Part shown: positions 22,402 through 33,685 of the stretch, in pieces | Numbering within the stretch: the stretch's first letter is position 1 | Layout of the letters: every line of letters starts with the position of its first letter | Assembly (NCBI GenBank): GCA_046483315.1 | Contig: JAWODJ010000034.1 | Coordinates: forward strand, 45,285 to 109,284 | Direction of reading: 5' to 3' | DNA length: 64,000 bases | Source of the DNA: Bacteroidales bacterium | GTDB lineage: Bacteria; Bacteroidota; Bacteroidia; Bacteroidales; PUMT01 | Position numbers and translations under genes: made by a program | The notes under the pieces: model-generated | The model's database searches: none | What the model saw: the letters and a program-made list of their open reading frames with translations, nothing else | Told to the model about the DNA's origin: nothing

Positions 22402-23184
22402 TTACTGCTTTACCCGAACAATTATATATTCGGCTATATTGAGAGCTGTGGTAAGGGTATGCAGATCATCAAAAAGTTCGCCTGTTGCACCGGTATGGTG
22501 ACCCCGGCCTGCAGGCTCCATAAAGTATTCGTCTTTCACATCAGACATATTGATCAATGTATTGTATACCAGTGCAGGCTGTGCCGAGCTATGGTAATCC
22601 ATATCCCCGGGAAACCTGTTATTTGTCCAGTACCTGTTCCAGTCCCATGACTGGTTAATCTCAAAGAAAACATAAAAAGATTCAGGTGGAATACTGTCCG
22701 TTTTTGTATTCAGTATAAAACTTCCTGTCGGTGTGGCCCCTGTATATGCGTCAGGAACAGGGTTTTCAGGATCAGGCAGGTACAAACCGTCTTCGGACTG
22801 CTCACCTCTCTGATGCCCCCAGTAAGGTAATGCTGCAGGCCTCCTGATCTCACCGGGCATCCATTTGCCGGTGGAGGCATCACCATGGCCGAATATTCCG
22901 GTAGCTATAGATTCGGCTACATAGAGGGTTTGAATATAGTTGCCAAGTGTATCCTCTATCCATAAAGCCATCAAAGGAAAATAATGGGATTTGCCTTTGC
23001 TGAATTCTATTTCCAGGGAAAGACCACTGCCATCATTATTTGTTTCAAAAATCAACGGGGGTTCTTCTTCCACATAACCGGACGGAAACATAAAGCAGGA
23101 GGGTAGTACCAGGGTAAAAACCAGAACCATAAACGGACCGGTTCTTCTGAATGCATAACGTAATATCTTTTTAGCCTTAATCAT
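22402..23184 (-). CDS. Lipoprotein of unknown function, DUF2271-like (tentative)
   Basis: Has a lipobox-like LVLPSC. The segment HYFPLMALWIEDTLGNYIQTLYV resembles the DUF2271 core as I remember it. A TGAT motif lies near the C-terminus at 22483-22494. The gene is directly downstream of the TonB-dependent receptor. Confidence 0.5.
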   Translation of the reverse strand: MIKAKKILRYAFRRTGPFMVLVFTLVLPSCFMFPSGYVEEEPPLIFETNNDGSGLSLEIEFSKGKSHYFPLMALWIEDTLGNYIQTLYVAESIATGIFGHGDASTGKWMPGEIRRPAALPYWGHQRGEQSEDGLYLPDPENPVPDAYTGATPTGSFILNTKTDSIPPESFYVFFEINQSWDWNRYWTNNRFPGDMDYHSSAQPALVYNTLINMSDVKDEYFMEPAGRGHHTGATGELFDDLHTLTTALNIAEYIIVRVKQ

Positions 23185-23232
23185 AATCAGTAATATTAAT
23201 ATTGCATCAAACCGGAAATCACCGGTTAAGCT

Positions 23233-25653
23233 TTAAAACTCAACAATTATACCCACCGTAGGTAATACCGTTCCCTGACCGTCACTCTTTATTACTTGCA
23301 TAAGATACCTGCTGTTATCGTCGGGATCAATAAGCGGATTACCGTTGTCATCTCTTACAAGACTCAGTCTGTCAGGCTCATCGGACTGAAAATCGTAAAC
23401 GTTCTGAACATCAAGGTAGAGTAGCAGTGACCATCTGTTAAGAAAATATTGTTTGTCTATCCTGATATCCAGTTGGTGAAATGACCCGAGCCGGTTTGCA
23501 TTGAAACGGTTAAAATCAGGATATGCCATATTCTGGGCATCCCAGGCTGCCCGAAGACCGGACTTCTGCAAATCAAACGGGGTATAGGGAGCGCCCCCTA
23601 CAAACCTCCATTTGAAACCTGCATCCCAGTTACGGGGAAAACTCTTCTGCGCGGTAATATTGAATATATGCCTGTTATCCCATGCCGTGGGTGTATAGGC
23701 TCCTTCCATATTATCAAATTCACTTCTTACCAGGGTATAAGACAACACAACATTAAAATCAAAGAAATTACGGCTGCGGGCCAGGAATTCCAACCCGTAG
23801 GATCTCCCTTCTGAAGTTGAAGTGACCTCTTCATCGCCGAAAACACCAAAATCACTCCCCTTGCTTGCAAGCGGAATTGAATCAACTATACTGAAAGGGT
23901 AATTACGGTAATTTTTAAAAAACCCTTCGACCGATATACTTGCCTGATCATCCGGCCTGAGTTCAAACCCTGAAACAATATGGTCGACAGAAATATATGT
24001 AAGCCGGTTCACCCTGTTTACAAGTACACCATCGTTATTCCTGAACCCCAGTGTTGTATATGGTGGAAGCTGGAAAAACCTTCCGGTATTGAAATTCCAC
24101 GATAACTCAGGTACAATATTGTATGAGGCTGAAAATCGTGGCGAGATCTGTTCCAGCAGGTTTGACATGTCTGAGGAATAGCTGTTTGCATCTGCCCTGA
24201 AGCCCAGGGAGAGCACCAGCCTGTCGTTAAACATATCCCTGCTTACCTGTGCAAACAGGTTCCATTTAAAAAGATCCAGAAATGATTCATAGTCCAGCAA
24301 AACCGGTTGCCCGCCGATAAACAATGTATTTAAAGTTGAATTATCGTATTTTGCATATTCCAGTCCGATACCGCTAATGATCTTGGTATTGCTGATACGC
24401 CTGCTGGTGTTTTCATACCGGAATTTGTTTTCTATTTCGGCCGATTCATAATCAATAGTCCGGATATCGTCAGTATCATTGTTCCTGTACTTGTAAGCAC
24501 TGTTATTTAGATAATTACGACTTAAAACCCATGTGTCATAACTATTATCCCTGAAGTATTTATACACTGCCCCTACAGCATAGTTCCACTGCTCATTTAC
24601 AGGAAGATAATCAAGTATATACTGTTGTTCCTCTGTTTCGTTGGCATTGAGATTAAGACTGAACTGATCGATCGCACCCAGTCCGACTATCGAAAACTCA
24701 CTCTTTTCATTTATGCGGGTCCGGCTTTTAAACTGAAAATCATTGTATGTGGGCAAAAAAGGAAGCCCGATCAGATCAAACAGTAACTGAAGATAAGAAC
24801 GGCGGGCAGAAAAAATAAAAGTGGTATTGGGAGTCAACGGACCATCAAGAGTAAGCGCAATATCGGAAGCCCCAAATGAACCTCTGAACTGAAGCTGTTC
24901 AGGATTTCCGCTAATCTGCCGCATATCAAGCACTGAACTGAGTGCATTACCCCTGTTGGCAGGGAACGCCCCTGAATAGAATTCAACCTCACTTAAAAAA
25001 TCAACATTTATTATGCCCACGGGTCCTCCGCTGGCTCCCTGTGTGGCAAAATGATTAAGGTTAGGGATCTCAATATCATCAAGGTAAAAACGGTTCTCGC
25101 TGGGCCCGCCTCCCCTTACTATAAGATCGTTCCTGAAAGCAGGAGTTGAAGCCACACCGGGAAATGATTGTAAAACACGGGATATATCGCGGTTGCCACC
25201 GGGACTTTTTTCGATTTCTGCTGCACCTATACGTCTCATTGAGACCGGACTTTCTTCGCGCATCCTGAAGGGGGATGCCCGTACAACAACCTCATCAATA
25301 TCCACAGTGGTCTCTTCCATAGGTACTTCAAGGTATAAAGTTCTGGCATTTGTAACCATCAGTTCTCCAGACACATATGTCCTGAACCCTACGGCAGAAA
25401 CCCTTATTTCTACCATGCCAGGCTTAATTCCCGTGAAAAGAAAATTCCCGTCAAAATCGCTGCTGGCTCCCGTTGTGGTATTCCATATTACCACATTGGC
25501 AAAAGGAATGGGTTCATTGCTTGTCGCGTTAAATACCCTACCCCTTATAACCCCGTTATCTTCGGTCTGTGCCAGGGAAAATGAAAATATTGAAAAAGCT
25601 GAGATTAACAGTATGATAATTCTCTTAATCATTTGTCTAATATTTTTATACAC
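23233..25653 (-). CDS. TonB-dependent receptor with an N-terminal carboxypeptidase-regulatory-like domain
   Basis: 806 aa. It has a signal peptide, a CarbopepD-like beta sandwich (VIRGRVFNATSNEPIPFANVVI), a plug region (RVLQSFPGVAS...IVRGGGPSENRFYLD) and a beta-barrel ending in IIVEF. Confidence 0.88.
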   Translation of the reverse strand: MYKNIRQMIKRIIILLISAFSIFSFSLAQTEDNGVIRGRVFNATSNEPIPFANVVIWNTTTGASSDFDGNFLFTGIKPGMVEIRVSAVGFRTYVSGELMVTNARTLYLEVPMEETTVDIDEVVVRASPFRMREESPVSMRRIGAAEIEKSPGGNRDISRVLQSFPGVASTPAFRNDLIVRGGGPSENRFYLDDIEIPNLNHFATQGASGGPVGIINVDFLSEVEFYSGAFPANRGNALSSVLDMRQISGNPEQLQFRGSFGASDIALTLDGPLTPNTTFIFSARRSYLQLLFDLIGLPFLPTYNDFQFKSRTRINEKSEFSIVGLGAIDQFSLNLNANETEEQQYILDYLPVNEQWNYAVGAVYKYFRDNSYDTWVLSRNYLNNSAYKYRNNDTDDIRTIDYESAEIENKFRYENTSRRISNTKIISGIGLEYAKYDNSTLNTLFIGGQPVLLDYESFLDLFKWNLFAQVSRDMFNDRLVLSLGFRADANSYSSDMSNLLEQISPRFSASYNIVPELSWNFNTGRFFQLPPYTTLGFRNNDGVLVNRVNRLTYISVDHIVSGFELRPDDQASISVEGFFKNYRNYPFSIVDSIPLASKGSDFGVFGDEEVTSTSEGRSYGLEFLARSRNFFDFNVVLSYTLVRSEFDNMEGAYTPTAWDNRHIFNITAQKSFPRNWDAGFKWRFVGGAPYTPFDLQKSGLRAAWDAQNMAYPDFNRFNANRLGSFHQLDIRIDKQYFLNRWSLLLYLDVQNVYDFQSDEPDRLSLVRDDNGNPLIDPDDNSRYLMQVIKSDGQGTVLPTVGIIVEF

Positions 25654-25738
25654 TCACTAAACAATGCCGCCAGGTTTTTGTTCAGACCACTGCAACCCCT
25701 GTAATTACTGACTTATAAGAACCCTAAAAACTATCTTC

Positions 25739-26734
25739 TCATTTAAAGTTTTCAAGTCGGTCCAGTATCTCCCTCTTTTCAGAAGAAAAATCTGTATGCA
25801 AAGCGGAATTCTCAACGGCGGCAATCCTGTCGAGCAGGCCCAGGAGAAAAAGCCTGTGTTTCCCGGTGGCAGGATGGAAGGGGCGATGACGTATTCCCTG
25901 TATTATACCCGTTATCTCCTTTACAAGGGGTAAGGCAGAGGGTTCAATACAGGCATCAACAAATCTGTTCCATATATAATCAGTCCCCTGGCTGTTAATA
26001 TGCAGCATATCCTCACCATAAAACCTGTAATCTCTTAACTCATCCATAACAATCTCGTATGCAGGGAAATAAAAAACGTTCTCAAAGGTTCCGGTAAGTT
26101 TTGCAATGGCCAGCATCAGTGAGGACTTGCTAACCTGGTTGCCTGTTGCGCCGTCTTTCCAGTGCCTTACCGGACTCAGTGTAAAAACCAGTTTAAGCCT
26201 GTTATTAAACTCCCGCAGTTTAACAATAAGGTCAATATACGATTCAACAATCTCATCAACCTCAAGCAGATCATGGCTGAACAATTTATGCGGCAGCTTG
26301 TGGCAGTTGGATACAATTTCACCATTTTCCTTCAGCCTGTAAACCCTTGCCGTGCCAAATGTTATAAAAAGAAAGCCGGCTTCCTCAAGAAGACCGGAGG
26401 CAAGGCTGATCCTGTCATTAATTTTTCTGAGGCAGACATCACGTTCAGGATGAGAGAAACTTGAGTGGTGATAATAACTGTACCACATCTCGTTCCCGTA
26501 AAGGAGATCACTTTCTTTGAAAAAACGTTTTTCTGCCAGTATGTCAAGAGATTTTCGAATGGATTCAGGATTATAAAGAACCCCGAAAGGATTTACCCCG
26601 GCAGGAAATTTTAACTGTTGCAGGCGGGAACCTATATTTTCGGTAAAACAGGATCCCAGCCACAAGGAGGGAGTATCATAATCAAGCTTATATTTGATTT
26701 CGGGAATATCAACAACAAGACGGAACAGATCCAT
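25739..26734 (-). CDS. GSCFA domain protein
   Basis: Contains the eponymous LGSCFTENIG motif near the N-terminus. 331 aa. Confidence 0.8.
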   Translation of the reverse strand: MDLFRLVVDIPEIKYKLDYDTPSLWLGSCFTENIGSRLQQLKFPAGVNPFGVLYNPESIRKSLDILAEKRFFKESDLLYGNEMWYSYYHHSSFSHPERDVCLRKINDRISLASGLLEEAGFLFITFGTARVYRLKENGEIVSNCHKLPHKLFSHDLLEVDEIVESYIDLIVKLREFNNRLKLVFTLSPVRHWKDGATGNQVSKSSLMLAIAKLTGTFENVFYFPAYEIVMDELRDYRFYGEDMLHINSQGTDYIWNRFVDACIEPSALPLVKEITGIIQGIRHRPFHPATGKHRLFLLGLLDRIAAVENSALHTDFSSEKREILDRLENFK

Positions 26735-26899
26735 ATTATACTCTGGTTTTTGATTTATCCGGCTTTTTCTTTAAGCCATTCCATTATCAGATTAAAAACC
26801 TCATCCATATCCAATTCATTGCTTAATTCATGGAGAACCCATTTTAGTGCCATCACGGGTAATAAAACTGTCAGGCTTGTTCTCCATCTGATTTATCTA

Positions 26900-26907
26900 T
26901 ATTTTTG
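26900..26907 (+). promoter_or_regulatory. Candidate -7 box (TATTTTTG) upstream of yjbQ
   Basis: Exact TAnnTTTG match about 60 nt upstream of the ATG. Confidence 0.35.
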
Positions 26908-26966
26908 CATATGAGTGATAAAGGTAAAATTAAGGATTTATATACTAATTTCTACTTTTTTAAAAT

Positions 26967-27371
26967 ATGCAGGAAATAATTGAAACAGCCACCAACAGTC
27001 ATAACGGTTTGTATGATATTACGGAAAAGGTGAAGGAAGTGCTCAAAAGGAATCCCGTAAAATCGGGTATTGCAAGCCTGTATGTTCAGGGTGCCACTGC
27101 AGGTATTATGATACAGGAGAACTGGGACGACTCTGTTCAGAATGATGTCATAAGCCTTCTCAATAAGCTCATTCCACCCGGAGTATGGGAGCATGACTCG
27201 CAGGACAGTAACGGCGACTCACACTTAAAGGCCGGAATAGTCGGTCCTTCTGAAACAATTCCCATAATTAACGGTAAACTTGGTTTATCTACCTGGCAAA
27301 ATATTTTTCTTTGCGAATTTGACGGCCCCCGGTCAAGCCGCAAAATCGCCGTAACGATAATTGGTGATTAA
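26967..27371 (+). CDS. yjbQ: YjbQ/UPF0047 family protein (secondary thiamine-phosphate synthase-like)
   Basis: 134 aa with typical YjbQ-family features (TAGIMIQENWD, GDSHLKA, GTWQ-like LSTWQNIFLCEFDGPR). Confidence 0.85.
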   Translation: MQEIIETATNSHNGLYDITEKVKEVLKRNPVKSGIASLYVQGATAGIMIQENWDDSVQNDVISLLNKLIPPGVWEHDSQDSNGDSHLKAGIVGPSETIPIINGKLGLSTWQNIFLCEFDGPRSSRKIAVTIIGD

Positions 27372-27397
27372 TGATGTCCGTTTACCCGAAAGGAAAG

Positions 27398-28330
27398 CTA
27401 CAGTTTCAGAAATTCCAGGTTTCTTTTAATCTGTTTGAATCCGGCCCTGTTAACAGCAGTTTTTCTAAAATAGTGATCAAAGCACTCTTTGTCAATATTA
27501 TACCATTCCCTTGCTTTCAATTCAGTTAAGCCGGGTACGGGAGAAAGCAAAGGTTCTTTGTGGGGGCTGGCCTTTCTGTTCCAGGGACAAACATCCTGGC
27601 AAATATCACATCCGAAAACCCGGTTATGCATTTTATCCTTTATTTCGGAAGGAAGGCTCTCCCGGTACTCAATTGTCATATAGGAAATACACCTCCGGGC
27701 ATCCAGTTTGCGCGGTGCGATGATTGCTCCGGTCGGACAGGCATCCATGCAGAGACGGCAATTCCCGCAATGGTCTTTATCAGGAAGATCCGGAGAAAGC
27801 TGAATATCAACAATAAGTTCGCCAATAAAAAAGAAAGATCCTCTGCCTTTGACCAGCAGATTCGTATTTTTACCTATCCAGCCCAGCCCCGACCGGGCAG
27901 CCCACACCCTGTCAAGAACCGGGGCAGAATCGACAAAAGCTCTTCCGTTCACCTTACCTATGGCCCGGTTCATGAACTGCAAAAGCTGCCTGAGTTTGTC
28001 CTTCACCACAAAATGGTAATCAGTTCCATAAGCGTATTTAGATAAGACGGGAGCATCAGGATCTTTCTGAACATCTGCAGGAAAGTAATTATGCAGTACA
28101 GAAATAACACTTCTTGCACCATCAACAAGTTTCCGGGGGTCCACCCTTTCTTCAAAATGATTCTCCATATACTTCATGGTGCCATGCATACCTTGCTGCA
28201 GCCATTTTTCCAGCCGTGCTGCTTCATTGTCAAGCCGGCATGCCACAGAAATACCACATCCTGAAAAACCAAGATCCCTGGCTTTACCTTTGATCAGTTT
28301 CGAATATTTACTGTTTTCACCGGTCATCAA
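27398..28330 (-). CDS. queG: tRNA epoxyqueuosine(34) reductase
   Basis: Two ferredoxin-type motifs, CGNCRLCMDACP and CDICQDVCP, within a QueG-like scaffold of 310 aa. Confidence 0.92.
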   Translation of the reverse strand: MMTGENSKYSKLIKGKARDLGFSGCGISVACRLDNEAARLEKWLQQGMHGTMKYMENHFEERVDPRKLVDGARSVISVLHNYFPADVQKDPDAPVLSKYAYGTDYHFVVKDKLRQLLQFMNRAIGKVNGRAFVDSAPVLDRVWAARSGLGWIGKNTNLLVKGRGSFFFIGELIVDIQLSPDLPDKDHCGNCRLCMDACPTGAIIAPRKLDARRCISYMTIEYRESLPSEIKDKMHNRVFGCDICQDVCPWNRKASPHKEPLLSPVPGLTELKAREWYNIDKECFDHYFRKTAVNRAGFKQIKRNLEFLKL

Positions 28331-28465
28331 TTTACCCGTTTAAAGTACTGATGCAAATTAATAACAACAGCAGAATAAAAAAAATACCCGGCTCATTATC
28401 CAAACAGCTATATATAGATTACCTTTACTAATTAATAAGATAAACCAGGAGAAACTTAAAAAGCC

Positions 28466-29221
28466 ATGAGAGAAAAAAGTGATTTGAATGTAGCCGTGCT
28501 CATAGACGCCGATAATATACCCTATTCAAATATTAAAGGTATGCTTGATGAAATAGCAAAATTCGGTATACCTTCTATCAAAAGAATCTATGGAGACTGG
28601 ACAAAAAATACTGTTGCCGGATGGAAACCTGCCTTGCTTGAACACGCTATCACCCCGGTACAGCAATACAGCTATACAACAGGAAAAAATGCAACTGACT
28701 CGGCTATGATTATTGATGCAATGGATATTCTTCACAGCAATAAAGTTGACGGGTTCTGCATAGTCTCAAGCGACAGCGATTTTACACGGCTGGCAATAAG
28801 ACTGAGGGAATCAGGCATGCTGGTCATTGGTATCGGAGAAAAGAAAACACCTAACCCTTTTATCGTTGCCTGTGATAAATTTATTTATATTGAAATAATA
28901 GGGAAATCAGAAGCTCCCAAAAAGACGGAAAGAACAACAGCTCCTGCAGCACCGGCAAAAATTAAAATCGATTCTATTGACAATAAATTCATTCAATTAT
29001 TGAAAAACTCAGTTGAAGATCTGGCAGATGATGACGGCTGGGCTGCCCTGGCTGCTGTCGGGGCGTTGATCAACAAGAAGAAACCCGATTTTGACCCGCG
29101 GAATTACGGTTTCCCAAAACTTACTCCACTTATTAAATCCCTTAAGAAACATTTTGATGTTGATGAAAGAGAGGCTGAAAAAGGCCACATAAAACATATT
29201 TATGTGAAAATAAAAAAATAG
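28466..29221 (+). CDS. NYN (LabA-like) nuclease-fold domain protein with a C-terminal OST-HTH/LOTUS domain
   Basis: The N-terminal segment NVAVLIDADNIP...IVSSDSDFTRLAIRLRESG is NYN-like. The C-terminal segment DDGWAALAAVGALINKKKPDFDPRNYGFPKLTPLIKSL is OST-HTH-like. Confidence 0.8.
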   Translation: MREKSDLNVAVLIDADNIPYSNIKGMLDEIAKFGIPSIKRIYGDWTKNTVAGWKPALLEHAITPVQQYSYTTGKNATDSAMIIDAMDILHSNKVDGFCIVSSDSDFTRLAIRLRESGMLVIGIGEKKTPNPFIVACDKFIYIEIIGKSEAPKKTERTTAPAAPAKIKIDSIDNKFIQLLKNSVEDLADDDGWAALAAVGALINKKKPDFDPRNYGFPKLTPLIKSLKKHFDVDEREAEKGHIKHIYVKIKK

Positions 29222-29276
29222 TTGCCACTGGATATTGATATTGGCCGGAATTTACATTAAATTTACTCTTTATTAA

Positions 29277-29293
29277 ATAAGATTCATTCTTAT
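29277..29293. promoter_or_regulatory. Inverted repeat ATAAGA-N5-TCTTAT immediately upstream of the Fur-family gene
   Basis: Perfect 6-bp arms, 7 nt upstream of the ATG at 29300. Candidate autoregulatory operator. Confidence 0.3.
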
Positions 29294-29299
29294 ATAATT

Positions 29300-29734
29300 A
29301 TGACAAATACAGACCAACTGGAATTACGCAGCAGGCTCAAAGAAAAGGGTCTGAAAGTAACTCCTCAGAGAGTAGCTGTTTATCAGGCTCTTATTAGACT
29401 TAACAATCATCCTACAGCCGAAAACGTGGCCGATTATGTAAGGAATGAACATCCGAACATTGCAACAGGAACCGTATATAATATTTTGGAGACTTTCACC
29501 GATAAAGAACTTGTAAAAAAGGTTAAGACAGAAAAAGATGTTATGAGATATGATGCAATGATGGAAAACCACCATCATATTTATTGCGAAGATTCTGAAA
29601 AAATAGAGGACTACTTTGATAATGACCTTGATGAATTGCTTTACAAATACTTCAAAAAAAAGAAGATCCCAGGTTTTAATATATCAGAAATCAGAACCCA
29701 GATAGTAGGGAAGTTTCAAAATAATGGAAACTAA
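29300..29734 (+). CDS. Fur family transcriptional regulator (both CxxC pairs absent)
   Basis: Has the wHTH segment LKVTPQRVAVYQAL and the metal-site His cluster NHHHIYC. The usual CxxC is CEDS here, and there is no C-terminal CxxC. Confidence 0.85.
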   Translation: MTNTDQLELRSRLKEKGLKVTPQRVAVYQALIRLNNHPTAENVADYVRNEHPNIATGTVYNILETFTDKELVKKVKTEKDVMRYDAMMENHHHIYCEDSEKIEDYFDNDLDELLYKYFKKKKIPGFNISEIRTQIVGKFQNNGN

Positions 29735-29898
29735 CTCCATTTTTGATCTCACATCTGAATAATCCATGATACTTCGTCTTATAAATAAAAATGCATAAAA
29801 AATGAGAATCAATTATTTATTAATTTAAAAATCAGGCAACTATCTGCATCGGGAATTCCCTGTGCAAAAAACGAAGACTTATGGCCGATTAATATTAA

Positions 29899-32100
<2,202 letters not shown>

Positions 32101-32172
32101 ACTAACCCGGCTGCTAATTCGACATCCCACACTACCATAGTGCCATGTTATCTGCCATTGCACGGAACTTGC

Positions 32173-32210
32173 AAAAGGGGAGCAGCCTGATAGGCTATTC
32201 CCCTTTTATT
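32173..32210 (+). terminator. Intrinsic terminator after katG
   Basis: Stem AAAAGGGGA...TCCCCTTTT with an inner AGCCT/AGGCT pairing, followed by a T-rich tail. Confidence 0.7.
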
Positions 32211-32445
32211 AAGTATTTAACGCAGAAGACGGATATTATGGACAGACTCCAGGTAGTGTATACTGAATTAAACAGTACGTAATCGGTTGTCAGAGGATAC
32301 CGTTTAAATGTCTGCAAATAATGTTTCTTATCCTGCTCCTGTGAGAGTTTATCAAGATCCTGTTACATTATTGAATTAATTGAACTATTTTCTGATTACA
32401 GTTCCAACCTCTTTATCTACAAAAAAATCTTTAACATAAAAGTAC

Positions 32446-32453
32446 TATCTTTG
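32446..32453 (+). promoter_or_regulatory. -7 box (TATCTTTG) for the polytopic membrane protein gene
   Basis: Exact TAnnTTTG match 16 nt upstream of the ATG at 32469, which implies a very short leader. Confidence 0.45.
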
Positions 32454-32468
32454 CACTTATAAACGAGG

Positions 32469-33578
32469 ATGATAATGCGGGTTATATTAACCATCATTGC
32501 CATAGTGTTCCTGGTCGGGGCACCCCTTCTTGGAATACACCTTTCAGGGGAACCTGTTGACAGTTTTCTTGTATTCCCTCCTGTAAACACCTCTCTTACA
32601 ATAGATCACGCACCCTTTTCGAAAACTGTCTTCTTTTTGACCCTGTTCCTTATCCTGGTGATAACTGTCCCCTTTATCATTAAGGTGTTCACATCTAAAA
32701 AGGTTAACCCAGAAAAGAGCAGTGATAACAAATTCCCTTCATGGGGCTGGGCAGGCCTGCTTATAATGTCAGCAGGCTGGGTGCTGGCATGGACACGTTT
32801 TGAATGGTTCAGCAGCCTGCAAACCCACACTTTCACCATCCCATGGATTGGCTATATTATCTCTGTCAACGCTATTACATTCAAACGTACGGGCCGTTCA
32901 CCATTAACCCACGAGCCGGTCTATTTTGCCATCTTGTTTATTCTCAGTGCAATATTCTGGTGGTATTTTGAATACCTCAATCAGTTCACTCAGAACTGGT
33001 ATTATGTCAATGTAGAAACTCTTGGCAGATCGGAGTTTTTCCTCTATGCCACCCTGCCCTTTGCGACCGTCCTCCCGGCCGTAATAAGCACCTATCACTT
33101 GCTGAAATCTTTTCCGGGTTTAAGCAGGGGGCTCGGCCACTTTCTCAGTATGCCCATATCAAGTCCGCGAACAACGGCCATAACAGCCGCAATAATCGCC
33201 ACTGCGCTGCTGTCGTTGATTGGTGTCTGGCCTGACTACCTGTTTCCTCTGCTGTGGCTGGCTCCTCTTGCAATTATTTCAGCGGCAATGGTTATCTCAG
33301 ATGTTCCGACTTTTTTGGGCAGTATCACCAGGGGAAACTGGAAAACAGTTTACCTTCTCGCTTTATCTGCCCTGGTATGCGGGTTTTTCTGGGAAATGTG
33401 GAACTATTTCAGCTATACCCGATGGGAATATGCAGTTCCATACGTGGGCAGATTCAAATTATTTGAAATGCCTGTTTTAGGATATGCGGGATACCTTCCA
33501 TTCGGACTGCAATGCGGGTTAATGGCCCTGCTGGTGAAACATATGATTTATCCCTCATCCGGTAAAATAAGTTTATGA
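32469..33578 (+). CDS. Polytopic inner-membrane protein of unknown function
   Basis: 369 aa with about 9-10 hydrophobic segments and Trp/aromatic-rich loops (FWWYFEYLNQFTQNWYY, FWEMWNYFSYTRWEY). I recognise no family. Confidence 0.65.
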   Translation: MIMRVILTIIAIVFLVGAPLLGIHLSGEPVDSFLVFPPVNTSLTIDHAPFSKTVFFLTLFLILVITVPFIIKVFTSKKVNPEKSSDNKFPSWGWAGLLIMSAGWVLAWTRFEWFSSLQTHTFTIPWIGYIISVNAITFKRTGRSPLTHEPVYFAILFILSAIFWWYFEYLNQFTQNWYYVNVETLGRSEFFLYATLPFATVLPAVISTYHLLKSFPGLSRGLGHFLSMPISSPRTTAITAAIIATALLSLIGVWPDYLFPLLWLAPLAIISAAMVISDVPTFLGSITRGNWKTVYLLALSALVCGFFWEMWNYFSYTRWEYAVPYVGRFKLFEMPVLGYAGYLPFGLQCGLMALLVKHMIYPSSGKISL

Positions 33579-33643
33579 GAAAATTTTAAAGCCGGCAGGT
33601 ACGATAAATAATTCAAAATCTCGGTTTAAACTGGCCTTTCAAC

Positions 33644-33651
33644 TATTTTTG
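33644..33651 (+). promoter_or_regulatory. -7 box (TATTTTTG) for the 680-aa S9 peptidase gene
   Basis: Exact TAnnTTTG match 35 nt upstream of the ATG at 33686. Confidence 0.45.
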
Positions 33652-33685
33652 ACACTATTATCATTATTAACCAAACCCGGTAATT

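Noticed and set aside
26755-26853. 32-codon minus-strand ORF (MALKWVLHELSNELDMDEVFNLIMEWLKEKAG) just upstream of the GSCFA gene.
   Set aside because: It is too short, has no promoter or other support, and may be the tail of a decayed gene. I cannot substantiate it from sequence alone.
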